DNA of 64,000 bases from IMG/VR virus record IMGVR_UViG_3300021964_000012, positions 62,001-126,000 of that record; one strand, written 5' to 3'. A program made the translations under genes and the position numbers. Shown piece by piece: positions 37,948 to 47,261 of the stretch; position 1 is the first letter of the stretch, and each line of letters starts with the position of its first letter. The notes under the pieces are model-generated. The model had not been told where the DNA came from and did no database searches. It saw nothing but the letters and a program-made list of their open reading frames with translations.

Positions 37948-38450
37948 TTTATAATCTCATCTTTAGAATAATCTGTCCAAGGAGTAAACTTTCGTCTATC
38001 CATAAGTTTGTGTAAGCTGTGTGTCCATACACCAGGATTTGTTGCATCAAAGTCGATGTCATCAATCTTTAACATTGTATTGTAGTTCCAGTGTTTGATA
38101 AAAGGGATGCCAACTCTCAACTGTGGAATAAAAGTATTGTATTCGCAGTAACCTTCTTCATGGAATGCTTCAAACTGCGATACAGGTATATCCAGTGTAC
38201 ACCATACATTGTCTCTAAGAAAAGGCATGATCATAAACGACCATTCATAATGTTCATCATCATCTTTGGGATCATATGTATGATTGGCACCAAAGAATAT
38301 GTGCTTACACCCATGCTTTTCATATGCTTCTTTGACTGCAACTACATCTTGTATACCAACAACAAACAGTGTCTTCATACCAAACGCAGGAGTGTGTTCA
38401 ACTTCAGTGCCTATAAACCATTGTACGTTTTCGTGATCAGGACGTTCCAT
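37944..38450 (-). CDS. unknown protein immediately after dpdA
   Basis: FIGTEVEHTPA.G.KTLFVVG, HIFFGANH, TLD, KIDD.DF.ATNPGVW. Start refined to MERPDH. Confidence 0.75.
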   Translation of the reverse strand: MERPDHENVQWFIGTEVEHTPAFGMKTLFVVGIQDVVAVKEAYEKHGCKHIFFGANHTYDPKDDDEHYEWSFMIMPFLRDNVWCTLDIPVSQFEAFHEEGYCEYNTFIPQLRVGIPFIKHWNYNTMLKIDDIDFDATNPGVWTHSLHKLMDRRKFTPWTDYSKDEIIK

Positions 38451-38469
38451 TGTTTGCCTTTTTCTGTTT

Positions 38470-38498
38470 ATTATACAACAACTTGTACTGTATGTCAA
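38470..38498 (-). promoter_or_regulatory. consensus sigma70 promoter
   Basis: TTGACA-17 nt-TATAAT. Confidence 0.75.
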
Positions 38499-39958
38499 TC
38501 AAATAGTGCATTAAACTGACTTGCACTGTTTACTATCTTCTTGCCAGTAAAACCTCTTGTACCTTTAATACTATCCCAAAACTTACTGTTGTCTTCGATA
38601 ATTTGCATGCTTTTGTTATAATCTCGTGCTTCAAATACTCTTTCAACAACATCACGGAACAACACACGTTCAAATGTTTCGTGTACTAGCATTCCAGGAA
38701 GGATACCTTCATCATATCTGACATTAGCATCTTGTACTGCTCTTATGTGTTGCCATACATTGTGTCCCATTAGCAGTGCATAACTGAAACTATCCCAACT
38801 TGTCTTACCTTCTTTACCAATCTTATTTAGGTCGCCGGGTGCATAGTAACAAATATCTCCAATAGTTAGTCTTGAGCTTATCGGTGAATCTTCAAATTTT
38901 TCATGTATACCATCACGTAGCACTACGTCACGAAAACTGTCTGTGCCATGTGCATATTTCTTATCATCAGCAGTGGCTTCCATCATGTAACTCCACTTGC
39001 CTCTATCTTCAGTACGCAGGTTGGTATACACTTGTCCGTTAGCAGTTGCAAGGAATGGCGACGCACAATCAAAACTAATAGTAAAGTTTGCATTCGCATG
39101 ACGACGTACACTACGTTGTATATCAGTTAACAAACATGCCCACTCTAGTTTGCTAGTGCCTAAAAAGTGCATCCAATCATGGTGTCCTTTTTCTAGCAGT
39201 CCTTCATGTATAAGTGTAACCAAACGTTTCAATACCAAGTGTACATCACACATGTTCTGTCCACCCATACCCCAACCATCAAATGGCCTGTCATACTTGT
39301 CTGAACAAAACTTTTTCATAGTATCGTACCATTGATCCGCTTCAGTGTGATTTGAACCTTGTAGCACGTTTAGTATCTTCAGCTCGCCACTTCTACTCTT
39401 CATCCAAAATTCATTGTTAAACAAGGTAGCATCAACTGCATCTTGATAACTTTTTATTCCACATGCTTCACTTGCTTCTTTATCCAAGTAAGTCCATGTA
39501 GGAATATCCATGGTCATACCATGTGTTGCTATGCCCATTTGCCATGCAATAACCTGTTCACGTTTCTTCTCACAGGCTTTATCTTTAGGATCAGCCCATG
39601 CTCCTGGCCACACACCTTTGGCAATTTGGAATCCACCTGAGTCAGCAAGCATGATAGTATCTGCTTCTCTATTACGCACCATATCTTCTTTTGGCACTGT
39701 GATACTTAGATCCATATTGGCATGTCCAGCTGAATACAAACTATACTTGTAAGGAAACAAACTTTCTTTGCTGTTCAGCCAATTCATAGCCTCCATATTA
39801 GGAATGCCCTTGGGCAACCTATTACCAATAATCTTGTTTTTATCACCTGCAGGAAAACGTTCCTTACCAATGTAACCAGCATAAAAACTGCTGATTGCAG
39901 GCAAGAATACTGCATAGTCTTTTTGTTTTAGTGTTAGATTATCTTGTTTAGTTTCCAT
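38495..39958 (-). CDS. TGT-fold guanine transglycosylase (DpdA-like)
   Basis: LADSGGFQ, MDIP, VLQG, GWGMGG, HFLG, ISFDCAS: ordered TGT catalytic motifs; no C-x-C-x-x-C zinc site. Confidence 0.8.
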   Translation of the reverse strand: METKQDNLTLKQKDYAVFLPAISSFYAGYIGKERFPAGDKNKIIGNRLPKGIPNMEAMNWLNSKESLFPYKYSLYSAGHANMDLSITVPKEDMVRNREADTIMLADSGGFQIAKGVWPGAWADPKDKACEKKREQVIAWQMGIATHGMTMDIPTWTYLDKEASEACGIKSYQDAVDATLFNNEFWMKSRSGELKILNVLQGSNHTEADQWYDTMKKFCSDKYDRPFDGWGMGGQNMCDVHLVLKRLVTLIHEGLLEKGHHDWMHFLGTSKLEWACLLTDIQRSVRRHANANFTISFDCASPFLATANGQVYTNLRTEDRGKWSYMMEATADDKKYAHGTDSFRDVVLRDGIHEKFEDSPISSRLTIGDICYYAPGDLNKIGKEGKTSWDSFSYALLMGHNVWQHIRAVQDANVRYDEGILPGMLVHETFERVLFRDVVERVFEARDYNKSMQIIEDNSKFWDSIKGTRGFTGKKIVNSASQFNALFD

Positions 39959-40607
39959 AAAATTCCACACGTTCTATTAGATCAAAATCTTCCTGATAAA
40001 AATATTTAATTTTACTCATTAAAAAACTATCTTGACTAACAAGATCTCTATAATATTTTATCAATTCTAACTTTTTGGTATCTTCAGTGACGTTTTCCTT
40101 TTTTTCATATTTGTTAGGTATAGTAAGTTTTTTGTTAGATGCCCACGAGAAAAAATTTTCTGTAAACTGTTCGTCTAAATAAAACCAAGTTGTAGAAGAT
40201 TCCTCTAATTTTCTTATAAATTTGGATACAAATCTATTTTGTGGTTTGGTATGAATATCCAATCCGTCTGCACCATTTGATCCTATTTTTGCAGGTAAAC
40301 CATTCGAGAGTACTGTTTCCTTAGCATTTATAAAAAATTCTAATACTTGCCTTTCGTTCCGTTCACGGCCTGGAAAAGACGCTAGATATTGTGCAACACC
40401 AGATGCCCAACGTTCTATAGGATCTCGAAGAACACAAACCTTATTAGTATGCGATGATTCTGTGCGTTTTAGTTCTCTTCCTAGGTTTCTCTCTAACCAA
40501 CTGCTGGCATTTTTTGGAATACAAATCACCATGTGTGAATTTTTGACATCAGACATTTCATCATCATAATATTCGTTTATAAAAATATACTCTGGATCAG
40601 CCCTCAT
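39948..40607 (-). CDS. sulfotransferase family 2-like protein
   Basis: IPKNASS, LRDPIERWAS, HTKPQ, NVT, YQEDF. Confidence 0.7.
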   Translation of the reverse strand: MRADPEYIFINEYYDDEMSDVKNSHMVICIPKNASSWLERNLGRELKRTESSHTNKVCVLRDPIERWASGVAQYLASFPGRERNERQVLEFFINAKETVLSNGLPAKIGSNGADGLDIHTKPQNRFVSKFIRKLEESSTTWFYLDEQFTENFFSWASNKKLTIPNKYEKKENVTEDTKKLELIKYYRDLVSQDSFLMSKIKYFYQEDFDLIERVEFYGN

Positions 40608-41339
40608 CTATTTACTTTGTGCAGGAAGTATGTAATCATAAACTGCAATACCTGAATCAACTGTGATCTTTGTTGCTCCACTGTCGCTTATTCTCACAGT
40701 TTTGTCACCGGTTAAGTTCATGATTGCTATAAACTGTTGTACTGGCCAACTCCAACTTTTAGTTAATTTTCCGCCAACGTCATGTTGGAACACAAAGTCA
40801 CCTGCGTGTGTGCTATGATCACCAAACAAGAACTTTAAATGTCCATCTTCAGTTTTGGTTTGAAATGTTGTCTCTTCAGCATTTGCTTGGGCTTGCATTT
40901 TCAATCTCATGATACTTGCAGTTGTTGGCTCAAACTCAATATCCCATGGCACATCTTTCATCTTAACGCCTTTGAGCTTTTCATTTACAATTTCACTGAC
41001 CATAAATCTATAGTCATTCTTGAAGTCACCAGCGGCATTCTTAAAGTGCAATCCAACTGGAGCTTGTTCGCCATTGCGTTCTTGTCTCTTCACAGTTATT
41101 TCTGCATTTTCTCTATACTCGCCGATGTTAAGCAGTATCTTTAGTTTTGCTAGATTAGGCATGCCAAATGTACCAATATAGTCTGCAACTGGTGCGGCAA
41201 ACTTTGCTTGTAATACAACACTCTTATCCTCTGCAAGTCCGTCAACTGCGGTTGCAGTATCTGTTCCTGTTATCTTAATCAAATCAATACAACCTAAGTC
41301 ATAGCTATGTTCAACTAAGTCTAGTAGATAATCTCTCAT
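40608..41339 (-). CDS. DNA polymerase sliding clamp (gp45-like)
   Basis: About 243 aa, FGMPNL.KL, ends YDYILPA; lies two genes from the polymerase. Confidence 0.65.
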   Translation of the reverse strand: MRDYLLDLVEHSYDLGCIDLIKITGTDTATAVDGLAEDKSVVLQAKFAAPVADYIGTFGMPNLAKLKILLNIGEYRENAEITVKRQERNGEQAPVGLHFKNAAGDFKNDYRFMVSEIVNEKLKGVKMKDVPWDIEFEPTTASIMRLKMQAQANAEETTFQTKTEDGHLKFLFGDHSTHAGDFVFQHDVGGKLTKSWSWPVQQFIAIMNLTGDKTVRISDSGATKITVDSGIAVYDYILPAQSK

Positions 41340-42361
41340 TCGTTTTCTCCATTCCATAATCGATTAATTGCACCGAGGTTTTGTCCACCTCTAAGGCTTG
41401 TAAGTTTTCCAGGTTTACGTATTTCAAGCCAGCTTACACACCAATTTGTAAATTGGTTTTCGCCATCATAACTAGACACAATCTCATACCCAGTTGTTTT
41501 GCAGAACTCTTTAAGTGTGTAACCATTTGTGTAAGTGTAGTGCATTTCATCAACTTTGTCAATCGCTTTTGGAAAACTACAATTATTATAGGTAAAAACT
41601 ATTGCTCCACCTGGCTTTAAAAGGTCAAATGCACTCCTAATATACTTTTCTATTACATCTTGTGTCTTAAAATTAAACCAATTGAATGATACAATTAAAC
41701 CAAGTTGACTTTTTGGCAACATGTGCATGGGATTATCAGTAGTGTCGTCAAATTCATAATATCTTAGTCTCTTTTGATACAATTTACTCCATAGTTTTTT
41801 AGTTTCAATGAACCTGCCTTCAACATTATCTGCAAGGTACAAAGGATCAAGAGCAACAAGTTGTTTGGTATAATATCCTTTCAATGGTCCAATTTCTAAA
41901 CCAGGCCATTTGAAATCTACATATTTTTTTATAGTTCCAACAAATTGTTTTTCTATTTCTGATGGTTCTTCTCCTGAGATAGGTGGTGTAAAAAATAATT
42001 CGTGGTAATCAGCTTGAAAATTCTTGTGTTCTGGTGGTTGAACAAGATCCGCTTTCTGTATCTCAATGCTTTTTTCGTGATAGGTTTTTTCTAAATTTAA
42101 AATCATTTGGTCCAGTTCTAATATGAATCTATTTAGATAGGTGTATAGATCAGTGATATTTTTTAGAATTTCTCTTTGAGTATTGTGCATACTTTCTTTG
42201 AGATTATCAATTTCGATATTTTCTAAATTTACTGATGCATTGAAATTTTCTAATTCTTGAAAAATTGGTCTTTCAATTTTTTGATAATCAAGACTGTCTC
42301 TATTAGTAGATATAATACGATATAACGTATTGCGATAGTTTATTAGGTCTTTAAATTGCAT
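41336..42361 (-). CDS. class I SAM-dependent methyltransferase with N-terminal coiled coil
   Basis: GLEIGP motif I, LLKPGG, FTYN. Confidence 0.65.
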   Translation of the reverse strand: MQFKDLINYRNTLYRIISTNRDSLDYQKIERPIFQELENFNASVNLENIEIDNLKESMHNTQREILKNITDLYTYLNRFILELDQMILNLEKTYHEKSIEIQKADLVQPPEHKNFQADYHELFFTPPISGEEPSEIEKQFVGTIKKYVDFKWPGLEIGPLKGYYTKQLVALDPLYLADNVEGRFIETKKLWSKLYQKRLRYYEFDDTTDNPMHMLPKSQLGLIVSFNWFNFKTQDVIEKYIRSAFDLLKPGGAIVFTYNNCSFPKAIDKVDEMHYTYTNGYTLKEFCKTTGYEIVSSYDGENQFTNWCVSWLEIRKPGKLTSLRGGQNLGAINRLWNGENE

Positions 42362-45021
42362 TATTCAAACTCAAATAGTGTGTTAAATGTGTTGGTGGTA
42401 TCTGTTTCGCTTGCTAGATCCCAGTCAAGAACACCAAGCAAATTGCTTATTTTTTGATCCACAACTGTTGCTTCCATCAGGGCATTATCAAAAGGTAGTT
42501 CTTTGAACCATTGTGGCAAGTGCATCTCATCTGTTGGATAACCAATTGATGTCCAGTTAAGTGGATTGGATTTTAGTTTGCAAACAATAGTTTTCATTCC
42601 GTCTACAATACTTTGACTGTAGTTGTCTGAATTCATCTTCTTCATGTTATTCCAGTTAAGTGCAGCTCTAACATGTCCAGGCATGTTTGCACGACCTTCT
42701 TGTTCTTCACGTTTGCCATACATTGTGAGATTATTAACACGTTTAGGAGATCCTTTTTCCCAAGCAGGGCGTTCTTTGAAGTCAATCTTAAATGCTTTGA
42801 TCATGTCGATTATTTCCTGACGTTCAGCACCAGCAAGAACTCTTGTTAATAGTGTCATCAAGAAGTCCTGTATCACCTTAGGAGTATCACTGCGTTTCAA
42901 GTCCAAACCCATTGCTTTAATCTTACCTTGTTTTCCTGCAACATCAAGACGTTTACCTTCGTTGTCAAAGATATTAATTGCATAACGTTTCTTTGTGATG
43001 AACAAGCCTCTATCAGCAATACTTTCTCTACCACCTTTGATAATAAGTCCGTTTTCTCTTGGCACATGAAATGCCTGTTCCATAAATGCAGGCCAACTGT
43101 CGTTCAGTTGATCACTTATAGCATCATAAAGTTGTATACAAATTTCTTTGTTCCATTCCATGTTGCCTGCATCAATGTCTTTCTTAAGTATTGGATATGC
43201 ACTGAAATATACACTATCTGTATCACCATATATTACTGCATCACCAACATGATCATACTTTCCAGTGATTGCTTCATTAACAAATGCATCCATATGATAT
43301 GCAATACTTCTGCCAGTGAGTGTGGTTGATTGTCCTATGCGTTTGTCAAAGAATCTACAACCTGGATTGAGAATAGCACCATATAAACTGTTCAAGTTAA
43401 TCTTCTTAACCAACTGTCTCTTGTCCAAAAATTCTATTTCTGCTGGGTCAGTTGCTTGTCTAAGATTTGCTTGTATCTCTTGTCTCTCTCTATACCAACG
43501 TGCAAGTAAGCCAGGAACAATACCTTCTTTTTCATATGTAAAAATAGTACCATTTGCACTCAGCATCCAAGGTTGGTTGCTATCAAAGATCAGTTTCCAA
43601 ATCTCTGCGGCACTGTGTACACTTTCTTCGCCGTTTTCCCAGTCAATGGTAATCTCTGTGCCACGTTCTTGTTTCATAACCGCAGTGTATTCTAGTGTGC
43701 CAAACAATCCTTCCCACGCCATAGCAAATGAACTTTTGTTGTTCATCTTGTTCTTGATATAGTTGTCGGTCATTATAGGTCGCAGTTGTCCTACAATGGT
43801 TTCGCCGGCCATGTTCAGAGCTCTAATAGCACTTGGATACAAACTGTTGATGTCTATAGCACCTATCCATTCATGTATACCTTTTTTAGGATATGCAACA
43901 TATGCACCTGCCGCCGCAGTATCTTCATCAGTGAGCCTTTGACGTCTGTTTGGAACAACTAAGCCTTGTTCGTGTGCTTCGTTAATGATTGCTTGTTCTG
44001 TAACTGCTACTGCACCCATTGTTGTTTGTAGTAGCACAGTATTTGCATGTGCTAGTTCATTTGCAAGTGCTAGGAAACGCAGTTTCTTATCCAGTTTATC
44101 TAGCAGTGCAGTATCTTGTCTAGAATACTCTATAAACGTTTCAAAGTTCTGATTGTACAGTTGATCTAATGTGCCTTCATAAGCAGTTTTCTTCTCATCA
44201 AGTTCATGTTCGCCAATGGCATCCAAACTATAACTGTGACGCTCTTCGTATGTGTATTTTCTGTACAGTTGCATATAGTCCATATGTACTCTGCCAATGG
44301 TATCAAATGTGATATTCTCTGATCCAAAACGTTCAAATGTACGTTTCTTTGGCAGTTGACTCCATAGACAAAAACGTCTAGTGTCATCTTTGCTCAGTAT
44401 CCTTGCAGTTCTATTAACAAGATAAGGTATATCATAACCTTCACTGTTCCAACCACTGATTACATCAGCATCTTCAATTAGGTCTAAAAATGTTGTGAGC
44501 AAGTCTTCTTCACGTTCAAGCAATATTGTGTTCGGAAACTTACTGCATATCTCTTGAGCTGTCTCCCAGCTCAGTGTCTTGGGAGGAAGTACTAGTGTTA
44601 TTAATTGTTCCATCCATTGTAAGTATACACTTATAGCAGTGACTGGATTAAATGGATCGGCAACACTACTGTATCCTCGCACAGGATCAAAATCAGTTTC
44701 AATATCAAAAAAAGCAGTTTGCAATGTTGGTGCGTTTTGATCTTTGTAGTTCTCTTCAAAACATCTAAACACAGGATTGATATCAGATTCAAATATATCT
44801 TTACCTGATTGCATTCTAAGTTCCTTACGAAACTCTTTGTTGTTACGTGTTGAAAATCTACTTACAGGTTTACCATAGATACTTTTGTATTTGCCTCTAG
44901 GATCTGCATAATAGAAACAATACGATGCAGGATACTCACGGTACTCTCTTTTGCCATCTACACGTTCTACAACGTGTATGCGATCTTTTTCTCTGTCAAA
45001 TAGTGCATCAACATAGCTCAT
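42361..45021 (-). CDS. family B DNA polymerase
   Basis: FFDIET, GWNSEGYD, DINSLYPS, KINLNSLYG, YGDTDS, KKRY. Start refined to MSYVDA. Confidence 0.97.
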   Translation of the reverse strand: MSYVDALFDREKDRIHVVERVDGKREYREYPASYCFYYADPRGKYKSIYGKPVSRFSTRNNKEFRKELRMQSGKDIFESDINPVFRCFEENYKDQNAPTLQTAFFDIETDFDPVRGYSSVADPFNPVTAISVYLQWMEQLITLVLPPKTLSWETAQEICSKFPNTILLEREEDLLTTFLDLIEDADVISGWNSEGYDIPYLVNRTARILSKDDTRRFCLWSQLPKKRTFERFGSENITFDTIGRVHMDYMQLYRKYTYEERHSYSLDAIGEHELDEKKTAYEGTLDQLYNQNFETFIEYSRQDTALLDKLDKKLRFLALANELAHANTVLLQTTMGAVAVTEQAIINEAHEQGLVVPNRRQRLTDEDTAAAGAYVAYPKKGIHEWIGAIDINSLYPSAIRALNMAGETIVGQLRPIMTDNYIKNKMNNKSSFAMAWEGLFGTLEYTAVMKQERGTEITIDWENGEESVHSAAEIWKLIFDSNQPWMLSANGTIFTYEKEGIVPGLLARWYRERQEIQANLRQATDPAEIEFLDKRQLVKKINLNSLYGAILNPGCRFFDKRIGQSTTLTGRSIAYHMDAFVNEAITGKYDHVGDAVIYGDTDSVYFSAYPILKKDIDAGNMEWNKEICIQLYDAISDQLNDSWPAFMEQAFHVPRENGLIIKGGRESIADRGLFITKKRYAINIFDNEGKRLDVAGKQGKIKAMGLDLKRSDTPKVIQDFLMTLLTRVLAGAERQEIIDMIKAFKIDFKERPAWEKGSPKRVNNLTMYGKREEQEGRANMPGHVRAALNWNNMKKMNSDNYSQSIVDGMKTIVCKLKSNPLNWTSIGYPTDEMHLPQWFKELPFDNALMEATVVDQKISNLLGVLDWDLASETDTTNTFNTLFEFE

Positions 45022-45815
45022 TATTTGTTTAGTCCATTCGTACAGTAAGGTATTAGTATTTCTTGTGTCCAAGCAAGATCTCCATCAGGTGAAGGATGGA
45101 AGTCGTCATCAGATATAAGCATTCTTTTTACACAAAAACTATATATGTCTTGCATTGGGTCCATAATAGCAGTATAAGTCTCTTTGATTGAATCTGGTAA
45201 AAATTTTACAATATTAAAATTTTCACTGCGATTAGGAACAGATGGATCTAAAAAATCAACAAATATTGACCGATAACCACTAGCATCAAGATATTTTTTC
45301 AATTGTATTTTCCAAATTGCATTTTCAACCGCTCTTGATTCAAAACTCTTGTATTTGTGTATGTCTCGATAACCCCACCAATTTAATGTTATATCGCCTT
45401 CACGACTTGCACCTCCAGTTGATCCATGACACACATTATCTGTATAATTATAAACAAAATTTGCATTTTTGTCAACTGCGTCGGCTGAAAAAATTGCATC
45501 TTCACGATCATGTCCAGACCACATAACTACTACCATAGTCTGATCTGGTGATAATTTAGAGTTTTCTAATCCCCATACTATACTTTTTGAAATGAAATTA
45601 TTGCCAGCACCAGGCATAGCACAAGAATAGACTTCATTGAATCCTGCAAGATCTCTAAAGTAGTATGGCCAACTAACAGGAACTTGGGTAGGATTAGTGT
45701 AGGTAAAACTACATCCACCTACCACAAGATTTTCAAAACCAAGATCTATAACTTGATCAAATTGTTTTGATACTTTCTGTGTTTGCATAGACTGTATATG
45801 GATAACACGATCCAT
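45021..45815 (-). CDS. SGNH/GDSL-like hydrolase or acyltransferase
   Basis: GGCSFT, AMPGAGN, MWSGHDRED, DDFHPS. Confidence 0.7.
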   Translation of the reverse strand: MDRVIHIQSMQTQKVSKQFDQVIDLGFENLVVGGCSFTYTNPTQVPVSWPYYFRDLAGFNEVYSCAMPGAGNNFISKSIVWGLENSKLSPDQTMVVVMWSGHDREDAIFSADAVDKNANFVYNYTDNVCHGSTGGASREGDITLNWWGYRDIHKYKSFESRAVENAIWKIQLKKYLDASGYRSIFVDFLDPSVPNRSENFNIVKFLPDSIKETYTAIMDPMQDIYSFCVKRMLISDDDFHPSPDGDLAWTQEILIPYCTNGLNK

Positions 45816-45818
45816 ATA

Positions 45819-46076
45819 CTATAAAGTCCTGCCTGCAGTTGTAAGTAGCTCATCTAGTACTTCTTGGTCTTCTTTTTCAGCAGTGTAACTAGCCTTGTGG
45901 GCAATACGTATTGCTTTTTTAAGCACACTAGGCTTAATCTGTAGTTCTTCAGCAATGCTTTTTACTGTATCATTTAGTCCTTCGTTCAGTGCGTCTACTT
46001 CGCTCATTACACCCATACCTTCGTTGATAATCTGTGTAATTTTTGCTTTCTGTTCTGAGTCAAATTGGGTTGTCAT
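45819..46076 (-). CDS. T4 DsbA/GapR-like dsDNA-binding protein
   Basis: 85-aa helical protein, VKSIAEEL.IKPSVLKKAIRIAHK; upstream of the polymerase. Confidence 0.6.
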   Translation of the reverse strand: MTTQFDSEQKAKITQIINEGMGVMSEVDALNEGLNDTVKSIAEELQIKPSVLKKAIRIAHKASYTAEKEDQEVLDELLTTAGRTL

Positions 46077-46100
46077 GTAAATACTCCTTATAATCTACAC

Positions 46101-46129
46101 ATTGTATACTAAACGTTGACGGATGTCAA
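46101..46129 (-). promoter_or_regulatory. sigma70-type promoter for the replication operon
   Basis: TTGACA-17 nt-TACAAT. Confidence 0.7.
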
Positions 46130-46131
46130 GT

Positions 46132-47259
46132 TTATTTTTCTAAATTTAGTATCTGAAATATAGTTTCTAAACTTTGTTCGTCCTTTAACAGTATGTTCTC
46201 ATCAGCAAATAGAATTTGCTGTCCGCTTTTGATGCTTTGTTCAAACAACTGTTTTGTTTTTTCTAGTGTACCTGAAAATGCATGTATGCTAGGCACTACT
46301 AGTCCGCTTATGTTTTTTCTTTCTACAAAATCTTGTAGTTTAGGCATCCAAGTACAACCCCAATATTCGTTACTCCATTCAACTACATCAAGTTTGAGAG
46401 AACGTGCTTTGCCTAATAAAAATTCACGTATGATAAAGTGTGGAGTCTCGCCTATGTATGTACTGTTTTGATCTACAAATACTACCCAAGGACCACTTGC
46501 AAGATCAGCAGGATCTAGTTTGCTATAATGTCCTTGCATTCTGTAAAAACTACCTGCACGTCTTGGCCCAAGATCATGTCCTATCAGGGCATAACGTGCA
46601 TCAAAACTTACTCTAGTGATATCGGTTTCGTTGTTTATGTTTCCATGCACATGGCCTTGATTAAACAACCATGCTTGTCCTACATCAATTTCAACAGGAA
46701 AACATTTTTCAATGCTAAGTCTTTGTATTTCATTCAATGGCAATTGTTCGTTGTGTATGCGATTCATTATTTCTATACTATCATTCCAACTTACAACTTG
46801 CATGGTGTTTGTACCCCATGTTTTGGTAAGTGGTATCCATACTGTGCCCATGTGATTATTGTAGCCTGTCCAATAGCCTGTATGAAATGCAAGTAATCTT
46901 CCAAGTGCATCCTGATTAGGAACAACAAAACGTATGCCACTGGTTGATTGTATTAGGTAATCTTTACCATCTACAAGATCACTTACATAGTCTGCAAAGA
47001 AACTGTCAAGTCTTGTGCTAAATTCTTTACTGTTTGTAAAAAGTTCAAGGTGTTTTCTTAAATCAATAAACTCTGTGGTTTTAAAATACTTGTGAATTTG
47101 TGTAAGGTCAGGTAGCTCTGGCTTTAGTTCACGCACTGCATTAAAAAAATATTCTGTCCAATTGTGTTTATCTTTGTCGTAATCAAGTATCTTGTTATCC
47201 CAACGTTCATCAATTTCCCAATTGTAACTTTCTAATACATTTTCAATTCTTGCTGGCAT
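46132..47259 (-). CDS. StrG-like 2OG-Fe(II) oxygenase fused to a LIC12192-like (sporadic carbohydrate cluster) domain
   Basis: FHTG, WIPLT, HGNINN.T..TRVSFD.R; C-terminal EY..C...GLVV.SI...LFADE. Confidence 0.55.
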   Translation of the reverse strand: MPARIENVLESYNWEIDERWDNKILDYDKDKHNWTEYFFNAVRELKPELPDLTQIHKYFKTTEFIDLRKHLELFTNSKEFSTRLDSFFADYVSDLVDGKDYLIQSTSGIRFVVPNQDALGRLLAFHTGYWTGYNNHMGTVWIPLTKTWGTNTMQVVSWNDSIEIMNRIHNEQLPLNEIQRLSIEKCFPVEIDVGQAWLFNQGHVHGNINNETDITRVSFDARYALIGHDLGPRRAGSFYRMQGHYSKLDPADLASGPWVVFVDQNSTYIGETPHFIIREFLLGKARSLKLDVVEWSNEYWGCTWMPKLQDFVERKNISGLVVPSIHAFSGTLEKTKQLFEQSIKSGQQILFADENILLKDEQSLETIFQILNLEK

Positions 47260-47261
47260 GT

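Noticed and set aside
38495-39958. Ordinary tRNA-guanine transglycosylase (queuosine tRNA pathway)
   Set aside because: No zinc-site motif, no queA/queF/queG, and it sits in the replication operon, so a DNA-acting DpdA is more plausible. tRNA activity is not formally excluded.
42361-45021. Intein or intron in the DNA polymerase
   Set aside because: Length and motif spacing are normal; no intein termini or ORF break.
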